In this document: positions 1 to 9,976 of the stretch, piece after piece
Numbering within the stretch: position 1 is the first letter of the stretch
How the letters are laid out: every line of letters begins with the position of its first letter
Source of the DNA: a virus
Taxonomy: Duplodnaviria; Caudoviricetes
Strand: one strand, 5' to 3'
IMG/VR virus record: IMGVR_UViG_3300027902_000021
Coordinates: 1-36,129 of that record
Length of the DNA: 36,129 nt
The notes under the pieces: generated by a model
Told to the model about the DNA's origin: nothing
The model's input: only the letters and a program-made list of their open reading frames with translations
Database searches by the model: none
Position numbers and translations under genes: made by a program

Positions 1-2228
1 GCGACATTCTTTGCGACGTTATGAGCAAAGAGGCGATCATAGACAACTTGCCCAAGCCTTGAGTCAACACGGTTCCAAAATTGCCGAGCTGCCTCCCTCA
101 TTGCTTCATGGGAAGCGTTCGGGTTTTGTTTTATCCAATCGTTCATTAACTCGCCGAATACCCCGAACTTTTGACGAGGCACGAGCCATTTCATAATAGG
201 CTTTGCCGACTGTTCAACGAGCGCAAAGGGGCTTCTGAATACAGCTTCTACTTTCCCCCCTGCGGTGTCGCGGTTCCATGCTTCCCTCATCTTCTTTGTA
301 GCGTTTGTTTGAAATCGCTCTGAACGTAAAGCATTAAGCCTGCCACCTGAAGACTGAAGAGCGTCTATAATCTGCGCCATTTCCGCGCCCTGCGATCCAG
401 GCTTGTTCCATTCCTTAATCAGCTTGTTACCAAGCATCGGATTTTTTATGAATGCTACCGGAGCCTGTATAAAATGCTTGCCAGCATCTAATACCCTTCC
501 TTCCCAAAGCTGGCGAATGGCAAGAGCGTTATGAGAGATGACGGATTCAAAAGAAGTGAACCCGGCATGGAAAGCTGAAAATACCCCGAGCTGAAATTGA
601 TTCAAATGATTCGCGCCACCCATATACGCCTTGAACAGAGAGCCGACATACTTATTACTGTAAAGTGTTGGTGATAGATAATTATTAATCACCTGCGCTG
701 TGGCATCTTTCGCATAGTAGCGGCCTGATATGGTATGGGCTATTACTTCTCCGGCCTCGTTCTTAATAGGTCGCCAAACTGTTGCATACTTATCATTGAT
801 AGGTTGCCATTCGGTGAAATCAGGCCGTTGGGATGATTTGAAAAACTTAATCTCTCCCGATTCTTTCAGCGCGTTTATTGTCTTGTGTGCAACGATATAC
901 TTGTCCATCTCCATCATCTTCAGAGCGACAAGATCAAGAGGATTGTATGAAGCAGGTTTGTATCCCGCCTTAACGCCTGCTTGAACATCATCAAAAACCC
1001 GCTGTCTGAGGAATGACTTACTGCCTTCAAGCGGCCTCTTTGAAAGTGCCTTGAGTGCTTCCGCTGTCTTTCCGGCCTTTTCCCAAATGTGCGGAAAATA
1101 GTTTTCTCTTACCTGTTCAAGTGCGCCTGTACCTAATGATTGAACATCTTTTACCTTTGCATCGAACATGGTCTTTACGGCATCGGAAATTGTCTGAAGC
1201 TCCCTTGTTGGCTGCTTCATTCCGGTGTCCATGCGCTGCATGAAGTCAATGTTGTCTTTTGGCGGGGACTTCATAAACAGCTTGTCTGCCTGAACCATAC
1301 CGTATTCAAAAACATCCCTTGCCCGTTCTGCACGGGAGATGTTTTCACTCAACTCTGAGGCAGATAGTTCCGCGCCTTCCCGCGTAACAGCCGCAAACCC
1401 TCGCTTGAGGCCGTCCATAATCTCAGTATTCCCAATTCTCTTGATAAAGTTGCTGACCTGAGAATTGACCACTTTGGGGTTCAAGAATGGCGTTGAATGG
1501 GCTTCTGCACCTTCCGGTAATTGATTATATTCAAAAGCCTGCTGTGCCATATCCCTCATGTCAGTCAGGGCATTTTCGACAAACCGGGTCTGTGCCTCAG
1601 TTTTAGGCACAACCTCCCCGGAGGCCACTTTTTGAAGGAAATCACCTGCCTTGCCGAGCCTTGACCTGACCTTGCCGTAGACCACGGGACCGGCCAGGGA
1701 AGCTATGCCCAAAAGCTGCGAGGCGAACGCCTGAGCGTCCGGGTGTCCTTCAAGCAGTTTTTGGGATACTCCATCGGCCACGTTGTAGATACCGACAAAG
1801 GGGATCGCGTTCGGTAGAGCTTGACCGAACGGGGTCTGTGGAGGGGCTATATTGAGTCCGGTGATCTCCGGGGTCTTTTCAATGTACGCCCTGCCCTTCT
1901 GGAACGGGTGAGGATCGTTATCGACGAATGCCTTGACCGTTTCAAGCGCCCCGCCTATCACCCCAACAGGGAAATTGACCGCGCCCTGTGCCACGGCAAG
2001 GGGGGTCCGGTAGGCTATATCCTTGACCTCTTCCGGCGTAAACGGTTGCGCCCACTCTTCAGGGGAGGCGGGAACACGGTTATCAGAAGGTGGTCGGTCT
2101 AATAGAAGCCCCGGCCCATCAAGAACAAGATCGTGAGGGTCAATTTTCCTCTTGACCGGCCTATCTAATTCAAGGTCGTTGTATGCCTTGCTTGCTACCG
2201 GAGCATCAAGTTCCAACTCTACTGCCAA
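1..2228 (-). CDS. Large internal virion / DNA ejection protein (partial, runs off left edge, >740 aa)
   Basis: Manual translation gives an uninterrupted frame from TTG at 2228 (or GTG at 2237) to the window edge (MAVELELDAPV...ENYFPHIWEK...LNQFQLGVFSAFHAGF...DSRLGQVVYDRLF); third and largest gene after the nozzle; absent from the ORF track because no stop codon lies in the window. Confidence 0.75.
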   Translation of the reverse strand, partial: MAVELELDAPVASKAYNDLELDRPVKRKIDPHDLVLDGPGLLLDRPPSDNRVPASPEEWAQPFTPEEVKDIAYRTPLAVAQGAVNFPVGVIGGALETVKAFVDNDPHPFQKGRAYIEKTPEITGLNIAPPQTPFGQALPNAIPFVGIYNVADGVSQKLLEGHPDAQAFASQLLGIASLAGPVVYGKVRSRLGKAGDFLQKVASGEVVPKTEAQTRFVENALTDMRDMAQQAFEYNQLPEGAEAHSTPFLNPKVVNSQVSNFIKRIGNTEIMDGLKRGFAAVTREGAELSASELSENISRAERARDVFEYGMVQADKLFMKSPPKDNIDFMQRMDTGMKQPTRELQTISDAVKTMFDAKVKDVQSLGTGALEQVRENYFPHIWEKAGKTAEALKALSKRPLEGSKSFLRQRVFDDVQAGVKAGYKPASYNPLDLVALKMMEMDKYIVAHKTINALKESGEIKFFKSSQRPDFTEWQPINDKYATVWRPIKNEAGEVIAHTISGRYYAKDATAQVINNYLSPTLYSNKYVGSLFKAYMGGANHLNQFQLGVFSAFHAGFTSFESVISHNALAIRQLWEGRVLDAGKHFIQAPVAFIKNPMLGNKLIKEWNKPGSQGAEMAQIIDALQSSGGRLNALRSERFQTNATKKMREAWNRDTAGGKVEAVFRSPFALVEQSAKPIMKWLVPRQKFGVFGELMNDWIKQNPNASHEAMREAARQFWNRVDSRLGQVVYDRLFAHNVAKNV

Positions 2229-3343
2229 AATTTCCACCCCTTAGATTTTTTAACCTCAACGCCTTCATCGGCAACCCAATCATCACCGCTCTTAATGGGC
2301 TGTTTTTGCGCATCCAATTTCGGCTTGTGCCATTGCCCATCTTTACCCACCACAGCAACGACTTTGCCTTTACTCTTTGAAGCGGTTCCCGGTGTATGCT
2401 CATTTGGATATTTTTCTTGTGCCCTCGCTACAAATGCGTTCTCAGTTGCTTCTCTAAACTTTTTCTTAATTGCAGAACCTTTGGAAGCATCCGTCATATC
2501 TGCTAATATATTTCCTACAGTAATGCCTTGAGCAGCGGCTTCTTCCCGTGATATTTTATTCGCCTCACAATAATCATCGAGCATCTTTTCTGCATTTTTC
2601 ATTTCATTTGTTTTGTCGCTTTTCTCTTTCGTATTTTTGATCTTCTCATTCCCCTGTTTAAGTTTCTCCGTGTTATTCTTCGCTTGCTGAACTGCGTTGA
2701 TCGCATCTTTTAAGGTCTTAACATCCCTATTTAAATGATTGTTCGCCTGCCTCGATGTAAGGTTGAACTGCTGAAGTTTCTCCGACACGGATAGTTTATC
2801 GCTGTAAAGGATATTCTCATAGCCCTTCAATTCCGATTCGTTGTTCTTGATGATTGCATGCACGTGCATCTTATACTTTCCCATGCTGGCCTGTGCGGTC
2901 GCTTGATCGTTCTCTTTCACACCTTGAAGGAATGAGGCAAGGGCCGTCATTGCCATAGCACCGTCTTTCGCTGCCACTGCCGAGCCGATGATCCCGGTCA
3001 TGATAAGCGCACTCCCGACAAACTTTATCCACGGCATAACGTCTTGCTGCTGCCACGGCCATTGCTGCTGCGGTTCCTGATATTCAGGGACTTTCTGCTG
3101 TTCAGGTCTTTGCGCCGCGTGTTCGGCCTGGGTTGTCATTGCCTCGGTAATAGACTTCTCGGAAGCCTCAAGTTTAGCGTTCTCGGTTGTCTCTGTCTCT
3201 TTAATCGTCTTTATGGCTTGCTGTACTTTGGGGTCTTTCAAATCTTCTGACTGATACGTTGGCCCCAAAATATTCGACAGTCCCAAAGGAGTCGAGCTTA
3301 CCGCCGACTCTGCGGTCACTGTGCTGGTATTATCGTCCGGCAT
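2219..3343 (-). CDS. Putative internal virion / ejection protein with one hydrophobic segment and coiled-coil
   Basis: 374 aa; AGGAG RBS; hydrophobic stretch FVGSALIMTGIIGSAVAA; K/Q/E-rich helical body; position in the ejection block. Confidence 0.6.
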   Translation of the reverse strand: MPDDNTSTVTAESAVSSTPLGLSNILGPTYQSEDLKDPKVQQAIKTIKETETTENAKLEASEKSITEAMTTQAEHAAQRPEQQKVPEYQEPQQQWPWQQQDVMPWIKFVGSALIMTGIIGSAVAAKDGAMAMTALASFLQGVKENDQATAQASMGKYKMHVHAIIKNNESELKGYENILYSDKLSVSEKLQQFNLTSRQANNHLNRDVKTLKDAINAVQQAKNNTEKLKQGNEKIKNTKEKSDKTNEMKNAEKMLDDYCEANKISREEAAAQGITVGNILADMTDASKGSAIKKKFREATENAFVARAQEKYPNEHTPGTASKSKGKVVAVVGKDGQWHKPKLDAQKQPIKSGDDWVADEGVEVKKSKGWKFWQ

Positions 3344-3353
3344 GATTAGCTCC

Positions 3354-4043
3354 TTATTGTATGAATTGCAGACTACTGCCTGATTCGGTAGAGACTCCGG
3401 TTGCTCCCGTATTGTCCATGTAGCTTTGAGTGGGAGGGCTTGAAGTCTCTCCTGTATTCGTCATGTACTCGCCGCCACTTGAACCTGCTGTATCGAAACT
3501 TGTGCTTTGAGGTTGATCGGATTGATATGGCTGCTCTTGAGGAGCTTGAGTCTTTCCGCCTCCTGCTAATCCGCCCATTACTCCCATCAGCATCGACGTT
3601 GCTGTCAAGTTTTCTATTCTCTCATCCCGGTGCAACTGCATGATATTCAACTGCATGGTATCCGACATACCGAAGTCCCGCATAGCGGCGTTATAGGCTT
3701 GCGCCATATCCATCTGATTGAAATTGCCCTTCTGAATGAGGGTATTCATATCAACAGTGCTTTCCGCGCTGGTCGCCATAGTGCTGTCGCCAACACCCGC
3801 GCTTCCATAAGCCTGCCGCGTTCTCGCTTTGGATGCCGCACCTTGAACGTCAAGCTCAGCTTGTTGAGATGCGGTAATCTCTCCGGTGTCCCGGTAATGC
3901 TGGTATCGTCCAAGCTCCTCTTGACCGAGCGCATTCATCTGATCTCGGCGGCCTGTTTCGTAGGATATGTCTGCCCTTCTATCGCCGCCTCCGCCGCTTA
4001 ACAGACTACCTATTGGATTGAACATATTCCCGCCGCCACCCAT
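3354..4043 (-). CDS. Putative small ejection (pilot) protein
   Basis: 229 aa; MGGGG N-terminus; G/A/Q/S-rich; LMGVMGGLAGG segment typical of podophage ejection proteins; position. Confidence 0.6.
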   Translation of the reverse strand: MGGGGNMFNPIGSLLSGGGGDRRADISYETGRRDQMNALGQEELGRYQHYRDTGEITASQQAELDVQGAASKARTRQAYGSAGVGDSTMATSAESTVDMNTLIQKGNFNQMDMAQAYNAAMRDFGMSDTMQLNIMQLHRDERIENLTATSMLMGVMGGLAGGGKTQAPQEQPYQSDQPQSTSFDTAGSSGGEYMTNTGETSSPPTQSYMDNTGATGVSTESGSSLQFIQ

Positions 4044-4053
4044 AATTCACCTC

Positions 4054-4479
4054 TCAAAATTCCTTTATCAATTCAATGCTGCCTACCGTGAACCCTGCCG
4101 GAGCAAGCCGCCTCTGAAACGCTTTCCTGTCGGCATAGAAATGAACGCCCTTGATCCCCTTCGGCTTCCATAGTTTCCCGGCTGCTTCCACCGCTTCTTT
4201 CATCGTGCTGCTCGGCAACGAATGATCGAGGAAGATATTAAATAGCAACAAATACCCCGGCCTTGAAAAATTCCTCGCCGCCGTGAAGAACCCTGCATAC
4301 TTGTCATCAACGAATATCTGCGTCATAAAAATAGTTTTCGATATGAGCCGTTGATATACCAAGTCCTCAGTTGAACCGTCCGTCTTGTGTTTCAAGTCCT
4401 CTCTCAGTTGTGGCGCTATGATAGGCCACATATTCACAATGACATTGACATCATCTATGATTTTAAGAGTGACCATCAT
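4054..4479 (-). CDS. Hypothetical protein, possibly GNAT-like tail assembly factor
   Basis: 141 aa; alpha/beta pattern (YAGFF...GIKGVHF...RRLAPAGF); sits just before the ejection genes, where podophages often carry a GNAT-fold gene. Confidence 0.45.
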   Translation of the reverse strand: MMVTLKIIDDVNVIVNMWPIIAPQLREDLKHKTDGSTEDLVYQRLISKTIFMTQIFVDDKYAGFFTAARNFSRPGYLLLFNIFLDHSLPSSTMKEAVEAAGKLWKPKGIKGVHFYADRKAFQRRLAPAGFTVGSIELIKEF

Positions 4480-5093
4480 GCACTAATAATATAAATACTT
4501 ACCGTACCCGACAATGTTCCTGCCGAGGTTGCGATTGTTATAGATGATAAATTAGCTGCACCTGAATATTGACCAGACGCAGTTGGTTGAACTTGTGTGC
4601 CGCTTGCCCATGTCGTACCTGATAATGCTCTAATTTCCGCCTTATTATTGTCCCCATACTTTGTATGTAGCCATGCTGTCGAATTAAACGTCTCTCCTGC
4701 CAGAATCAAATTCACAGTTGATGAAAGAATTATTAAGGATTGGCCTGCTGCTCCATCGTAATCAACAGCGCTGCCGCCGCCCATTTGTCCAAGCGTATAA
4801 CGATAATTAGCCCCACTGTCGCCGTTGAATCGTACATACGCATAACCATTACTCGTATTCTGAATCAAGTTCATCAGGATCATATAGTTCACGCCAGAAC
4901 TCAATCCCGATATGGTCGTGGATGCCGCAGAAGAAATAAGAGTTGTAGGCACGGCAAGGGTCATGCCCGGCACAGGATTCTGTATCGCCGCAGTCATAGC
5001 ATCCAGTTGAATATTCAAATTGGACATGAACTGCGCCCACTCCTGCGGGTTCGTCGGGTCTACTCCGGTGTTGAAAAAGTTTCGTGAGAACAT
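4476..5093 (-). CDS. Virion structural protein (short tail fibre/appendage-like)
   Basis: 205 aa; helical N-terminus then S/T/G-rich beta domain (YVRFNGDSGANY...SSITIATSAGTLSGTVSIY). Confidence 0.6.
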   Translation of the reverse strand: MFSRNFFNTGVDPTNPQEWAQFMSNLNIQLDAMTAAIQNPVPGMTLAVPTTLISSAASTTISGLSSGVNYMILMNLIQNTSNGYAYVRFNGDSGANYRYTLGQMGGGSAVDYDGAAGQSLIILSSTVNLILAGETFNSTAWLHTKYGDNNKAEIRALSGTTWASGTQVQPTASGQYSGAANLSSITIATSAGTLSGTVSIYIISA

Positions 5094-5099
5094 AAAGTC

Positions 5100-5627
5100 C
5101 TATTGCTTCTTTAAGAAGAAAGCGTAAATTTGTACTACATTAATTGTTGTTAATCCTGATGCAGCCTGTAATGTTAAAGTTCCATTTCCTGTGACTTCCC
5201 ATATTCCACTTATACTTGTACTCTGAGTATCATTTAATATACAATATTTATGATCGTCTATAGCAGTTAATGATTGTAAGAAAATTCCCGTTGAAGACCC
5301 AGAGGCTTTATTTATTGCAGCCATCGTTACCGTCATAGATGAATTATTAGTCCCTTGAACATATTCTTGCACAAATATTCTGTCTCCTGCTGTTACTGTT
5401 CCTAAATTAAGACTAACCGGTGATGTTGCCGATGTTGCGCTTGCTTCACTTGTCATTCCAATTGACTTCGGTGTAATATAGACATTCAAATCCGACAAGC
5501 TGACCATCGTATGGTCTATATTCCCGCCTGCCAACCATGTGTTTATTGCCTGATAGTTAGCATCGAGGTAGCTTCCTTGCGCTGTTGAAAGTCCTCCAAA
5601 GGTATTGGGGAATGTAATCGTTGCCAT
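5100..5627 (-). CDS. Virion structural protein (tail fibre-like)
   Basis: 175 aa; N-terminal FPNTF...LDANYQAI anchor-like segment; AT-rich T/S-rich C-terminal domain; GGAG RBS. Confidence 0.6.
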   Translation of the reverse strand: MATITFPNTFGGLSTAQGSYLDANYQAINTWLAGGNIDHTMVSLSDLNVYITPKSIGMTSEASATSATSPVSLNLGTVTAGDRIFVQEYVQGTNNSSMTVTMAAINKASGSSTGIFLQSLTAIDDHKYCILNDTQSTSISGIWEVTGNGTLTLQAASGLTTINVVQIYAFFLKKQ

Positions 5628-5639
5628 CGTGATCTCCTT

Positions 5640-7745
5640 TTAATAACTTGCTGCGTACTCACCCTCAACAAAAAGTTCGTTCAAGATGTATTGAGTCGCC
5701 GACGTTTCGGTATAATCAATCTGTATCCGCTTGCCCCGTCCGTTGCAATTCCCGTAACTATCCATATCGTTATATGCGGCGTACCAGAGCAGCGGCGTTG
5801 CTCCGTTCAACCACGAAATTGTTCCACCTGAATTATTCAGCCATGTCATGAGATTCGGCGTGAACGTAACCCCCGTTGTTCCGATAGGGCCGCTGGTGGC
5901 ACTCCCGCTTGTGTTCCCCTGCGGACTGCCCGTACCTATCGCTGAAATGGTCGCTACGATGTTTCCGGTAAGCCCGATGGTATTCAGGATCGAAGCTCCC
6001 ACTTTCATGACATGCTTGTCATACAATGGCGTGCCGAAAGTAAACGCTCTCGTTCTCACCTGATGCGTTAGGGATGAAACGCCCGTAAAAAGTTGAATGA
6101 TATTGTTCCCGTAAGCCGCGAACGCCAGCGTGTCGGTTGTCGTGGCTTTCTGCCATCCATACACAAGATCAAGGCCGAAATAGACCATGAACCACCGGCC
6201 TTCGTAGAAACAGAGTAACCACTTCCCCGGAGTGCCGTTGACCGGATCGTACATCCTCACCAACACGCAGTAGCATAGTTTGTTGTAAATCTTCGCAAAG
6301 AACGCTATCGGCAAAAATGTCGTATCGAATGATATATAAGCGCCCTCAAGATTTTGAGATATGTATTCCCGTGAGCCCGCGTTGACCGCATTGATGCCGA
6401 CATCTCCCATCATTAAAACTATCGGACCGGAAGCAATCGCCGTCTCAGGGTAGAGCGCGCCCACGGTCGGAAGTGCATCGGAAAGGTTGAATGATGTATT
6501 CCCCGATGCGCTTATCTGTAATCCGTAAATAACGTGAGTCGAGTGATCGCCGCAGACGTAAAGATAATCCTGAGAAGATACGAGGTTCATTATCTGATTT
6601 CTGAGGTCGGTATAGTTGTCGGTTACAACCCCACCGCCGTTGAGTGTGGTAAAATCATTATAGAGTCCAGGGCTTGAAAAAAGTATTCCCCGATTCGTCC
6701 CCGTCCCTATCCATACGCGATTCTGCCATACGGCTATTGAAGAACCTTTTAACGTATTGTCGATAAGCTGTAACAGGGTTTGATCGAGATACGTTGCGTT
6801 CGGCACGACTGTCCCATCATTGAGTGCCGTTGTGCCTCCGGTAAAATTCCCCGTGCCTGTGGGATGCACGGACAGAGTTCCGACAAGCGCCTTTGTCGTA
6901 TCGAGCGCTGGCATGACCACGCCGACCCAAGAAGTATTCTGCGTACCCGCCGCTATGGATGCAACCCCTGCCGTGCTGATATACAGATAGCACTTGTTAT
7001 AATAACTATTCGTGACATTGAATCCGGTGAGATCCCAAAAGTTATCAGTCGCTGATTTTGTATATGAGTTCGTGCTGATGTAATATGTTATGTTGTTCGT
7101 GAATTTTACTTTGGCCGCTGTCGTCGCCATTGCCGTACCTGCCGCGCCGAACGGGGCGTTAAGGCCAAACACGGAAAAATACCCTGCTGTCGGATCAACG
7201 AGGACGGAATAAAGATAATTCCATTGCTCAAACTTCGGGTTCGTCAACGTGGCCGGAAGGCATAAACGGAATTGATTATAACTTCCATCGAGGAAATAGA
7301 GCGCGCCGCCTACCGTGGCAATGAGGTTGTAAAGAGTGCCGTTGAGATTGACGGTAAAGCCTCTCATCACGGTGCTCGAGTATGTAGTCCAGGTCAGGGC
7401 TCCATCTACGACCGTATTTCCGTTTACAAGCGGCCAGGTGGGTTCGCTGCCCCCTGAGTTCCCCCCGCCCCCTGCCGTCACCATGTAAATAAACCCGTTC
7501 GCTACGGTAGGCCGCACCACGGCATTTGCCGCATAGGTATGTGTCGCTTGCCAAACAGCCTCAGAGTTCCCTATGGTCGCAAGGATCGCGGAATATCCCG
7601 GCACGGTATAAAGGGACAGTCCTATCGGCATGAAATTCGTGAGTAAATCGCACTCATCGTCTTTCATCGTGACGGCGGAGTTCGTCGTATTGATCGTCCT
7701 GAATTGTGATATGGCCTTGAAAAATATTTTCTCTTTTTCCGCCAT
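5640..7745 (-). CDS. Tail nozzle / DNA stabilisation protein (P22 gp10 / T7 gp12-like) with inserted domains
   Basis: 701 aa; beta-propeller-like motifs (IAVWQNRVWIG, ILFSSPGLYNDF, LVSSQDYLYV); directly follows the adaptor gene. Confidence 0.7.
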   Translation of the reverse strand: MAEKEKIFFKAISQFRTINTTNSAVTMKDDECDLLTNFMPIGLSLYTVPGYSAILATIGNSEAVWQATHTYAANAVVRPTVANGFIYMVTAGGGGNSGGSEPTWPLVNGNTVVDGALTWTTYSSTVMRGFTVNLNGTLYNLIATVGGALYFLDGSYNQFRLCLPATLTNPKFEQWNYLYSVLVDPTAGYFSVFGLNAPFGAAGTAMATTAAKVKFTNNITYYISTNSYTKSATDNFWDLTGFNVTNSYYNKCYLYISTAGVASIAAGTQNTSWVGVVMPALDTTKALVGTLSVHPTGTGNFTGGTTALNDGTVVPNATYLDQTLLQLIDNTLKGSSIAVWQNRVWIGTGTNRGILFSSPGLYNDFTTLNGGGVVTDNYTDLRNQIMNLVSSQDYLYVCGDHSTHVIYGLQISASGNTSFNLSDALPTVGALYPETAIASGPIVLMMGDVGINAVNAGSREYISQNLEGAYISFDTTFLPIAFFAKIYNKLCYCVLVRMYDPVNGTPGKWLLCFYEGRWFMVYFGLDLVYGWQKATTTDTLAFAAYGNNIIQLFTGVSSLTHQVRTRAFTFGTPLYDKHVMKVGASILNTIGLTGNIVATISAIGTGSPQGNTSGSATSGPIGTTGVTFTPNLMTWLNNSGGTISWLNGATPLLWYAAYNDMDSYGNCNGRGKRIQIDYTETSATQYILNELFVEGEYAASY

Positions 7746-8557
7746 TACCAGCCTTTCAATCTGCGCTGAATCCCGTTAGCAAGAGTTCTCCCTCTCTGAC
7801 GGTAATAATCATTCGAGAAATCTTCCGCTTCTTTCCTGCGCTGGTCTTTCAGCTTCGCAAGGTGCGCCATGTAATACTTCACGCATCCGTTGTATGGAGA
7901 GAGGACTTCGCTATCAACGTCCGTGGGGTTCACAAGCGGCGCGGGATCGAGGATAATATCGAAGTCCGCTATATACCCGATGCTCGGAGGCTGTGAGATA
8001 TAAAGAATTTGATTGTTCTGCGACCAGATAAACGGCATACCGGGGACGTTGTAAACCACGCTCCCTTGCCGTGCGAATTGTGAATAGGGTAAATAGACTG
8101 TTGGCAGTCGTTGTGTCCCGCTGTACCATACGTACACATCGAGACAGCCGAGGGCGGTCCTGTTCGGTACGATGTTAGTCAGGGGATATTGATAGATGTA
8201 CCCCTGTACGGCTGTCCAGGTAATGCCTCCGTCCGTGACCGTGCCGCCGTTCGTGGTGGGCCAGGTCGGTTGAGTTCCCCCGCTCGTGCCTGCGACCGAA
8301 CAGTAATAATAAAATCCATTATAAGTACTGGTTGAAAGACGGTCGTTTAAGTTGTACGCCGTGGATTTCACCCACGCCAACTGCGGATAAATAGTGACGG
8401 CGGTCGCAAGCTGCCTTGTGCAGCCTGTTTCCGCCGCCGTTATGGATCGTGCTGTATTGCAGTAGCGTATCAACTCCGCCTGCGTGTAGAATTGATATGT
8501 GCTGTCGTGCAATAGCAACTGTGTGTCGCTAATGTAATCCGAGAGCAATGTTGCCAT
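7745..8557 (-). CDS. Head-tail adaptor (tail tubular protein A-like) with inserted carbohydrate-binding-like module
   Basis: 270 aa; helical N-terminus (LSDYISDTQLLLHD...ELIRYCNTAR) and C-terminal VKYYMAHLAKLK typical of adaptors; position. Confidence 0.7.
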   Translation of the reverse strand: MATLLSDYISDTQLLLHDSTYQFYTQAELIRYCNTARSITAAETGCTRQLATAVTIYPQLAWVKSTAYNLNDRLSTSTYNGFYYYCSVAGTSGGTQPTWPTTNGGTVTDGGITWTAVQGYIYQYPLTNIVPNRTALGCLDVYVWYSGTQRLPTVYLPYSQFARQGSVVYNVPGMPFIWSQNNQILYISQPPSIGYIADFDIILDPAPLVNPTDVDSEVLSPYNGCVKYYMAHLAKLKDQRRKEAEDFSNDYYRQRGRTLANGIQRRLKGW

Positions 8558-8569
8558 AGTCCCCTCGCG

Positions 8570-9004
8570 TTACTTTTCGGTTAGCTGCTCTATCTGCTTG
8601 TGCAGTTCGGCAATCTGGTCTTCCTGAGACTTCAGAAGCGAGGTTGCTTTGTCGAGGTCTGCAACGTGCCTCTCGATGGTCTGATTCGCATCGGCAAGTT
8701 TCGCCTGCGTGTCCTCAAGAGACACCTTCAGATTGTCGGCCTCGTCTACGACTTCCTGCTGTACAAGCTCAACATGGGTAAAGTCGAATCCGGCAATAAA
8801 CTTCTCGCCTTCATCGACCCGCTTACCGAACCGGCGATAGATTCCCGACAGCACCTGAGGTTCGGTAATGCCCACGCCGAAGATATGCACGGCTGCCGGA
8901 AGAGGTATCGTCACCTTTTTACCCGGTTCAAACGTCCACTTCATGCCGAGATAACCGTCATTAACGGGAAAGGGATGCTTGTTTACCACGACTACTTCTT
9001 GCAT
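8570..9004 (-). CDS. Hypothetical protein with C-terminal coiled coil
   Basis: 144 aa; AAGGAG RBS; heptad pattern at the C-terminus. Confidence 0.6.
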   Translation of the reverse strand: MQEVVVVNKHPFPVNDGYLGMKWTFEPGKKVTIPLPAAVHIFGVGITEPQVLSGIYRRFGKRVDEGEKFIAGFDFTHVELVQQEVVDEADNLKVSLEDTQAKLADANQTIERHVADLDKATSLLKSQEDQIAELHKQIEQLTEK

Positions 9005-9025
9005 TGCTGATCTCCTTTTCGTGGA

Positions 9026-9478
9026 TTAGCTGAGACTGATAAACGCAATTGTCGTTGTCACCGTGCCGCCTGCGTTCGCCCATACCTTGCCGAGTTTCGA
9101 GCCGGTTGCAAACGTCCCGGTGGCTGCCGAACCTGCCGTGGTGGATGTGCCGAGATACGCACCTGCCGAGTACGAACCGGAAACCACGAGTACGTCCGCG
9201 AGGCCGTATACACACATCCTGCCGGTAGACCACGGGGGAGCAGTGCTTGCCGGGGCTGCCGGAATCCCGCCCGGTTCGCAGATCACGCCGCATACGATGG
9301 TCGAGTCCGCTGAGGTCGTTGTCTTAACGCCCAACATGGCCTGAGTCGTGTCGTTATTCGTTGCATCGAGAATGACGATTGACCCGTAAGGGATCGCCGA
9401 GGTCGCATAGTTCCTGACCGTGATAACGAGCTGATGGCCCGTCTGAAGAATCTGTCCTGTCATTTGGAGTAAATTCAT
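9026..9478 (-). CDS. Capsid decoration/cement-like protein
   Basis: 150 aa; small A/T/G-rich beta protein near the capsid gene (AIPYGSIVILD...GRMCVYG...AGAYLGTSTTAG). Confidence 0.55.
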   Translation of the reverse strand: MNLLQMTGQILQTGHQLVITVRNYATSAIPYGSIVILDATNNDTTQAMLGVKTTTSADSTIVCGVICEPGGIPAAPASTAPPWSTGRMCVYGLADVLVVSGSYSAGAYLGTSTTAGSAATGTFATGSKLGKVWANAGGTVTTTIAFISLS

Positions 9479-9496
9479 TACTCTTTCTCCTTTCTG

Positions 9497-9958
9497 TTAA
9501 ATGTGTTTCCAAGTCAATCCCTTTTTGATTCGGGATATATTTTGGATTGTGCATTTGAATTGTCTTGCAAGAGCAGTTAAACACTCATTGCTTGATCGAA
9601 TCATGAGAATATCTTTTTCGGTTAGCCGAGCCTTGTAATGTTCCTCGCCCTTAAAGCAGCGGTAATTATTTTTCATACGCTTCTTTTTTACTGCGTCTTG
9701 GATATTGTCTTTTTGTGTTCCAAGAAACAGATGGCGAGGATTTACACAAGATGGAGTGTCACATGAATGACAGACGCTCATTCCCTTTGGAATTGGGCCG
9801 TTAAAAAGCTCCCAAGAAACACGATGGGCTATTCTGCATTTCCCGGTAATACCGGTAATGCCGTATCCAGAAGGCAAACAAGCATCTTCCCAAATCCAAC
9901 ATCCACATTCGGGAATCGGGATTATCTTACTCATAAATCTGTCCTTCAAGATGTCCAT
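9497..9958 (-). CDS. Free-standing HNH homing endonuclease (HNH_3-type with C-terminal HTH)
   Basis: CWIW...GYG...[14 protein letters not shown]...[27 protein letters not shown] motif; AT-richer than flanks; AAGGAG RBS. Confidence 0.9.
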   Translation of the reverse strand: MDILKDRFMSKIIPIPECGCWIWEDACLPSGYGITGITGKCRIAHRVSWELFNGPIPKGMSVCHSCDTPSCVNPRHLFLGTQKDNIQDAVKKKRMKNNYRCFKGEEHYKARLTEKDILMIRSSNECLTALARQFKCTIQNISRIKKGLTWKHI

Positions 9959-9976
9959 GCTAACTCCTTGTTTTAT

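Noticed and set aside
11-2102. Short plus-strand ORFs and an apparent coding gap at the left end
   Set aside because: The region is one uninterrupted minus-strand ORF running off the edge; the plus ORFs are antisense shadows
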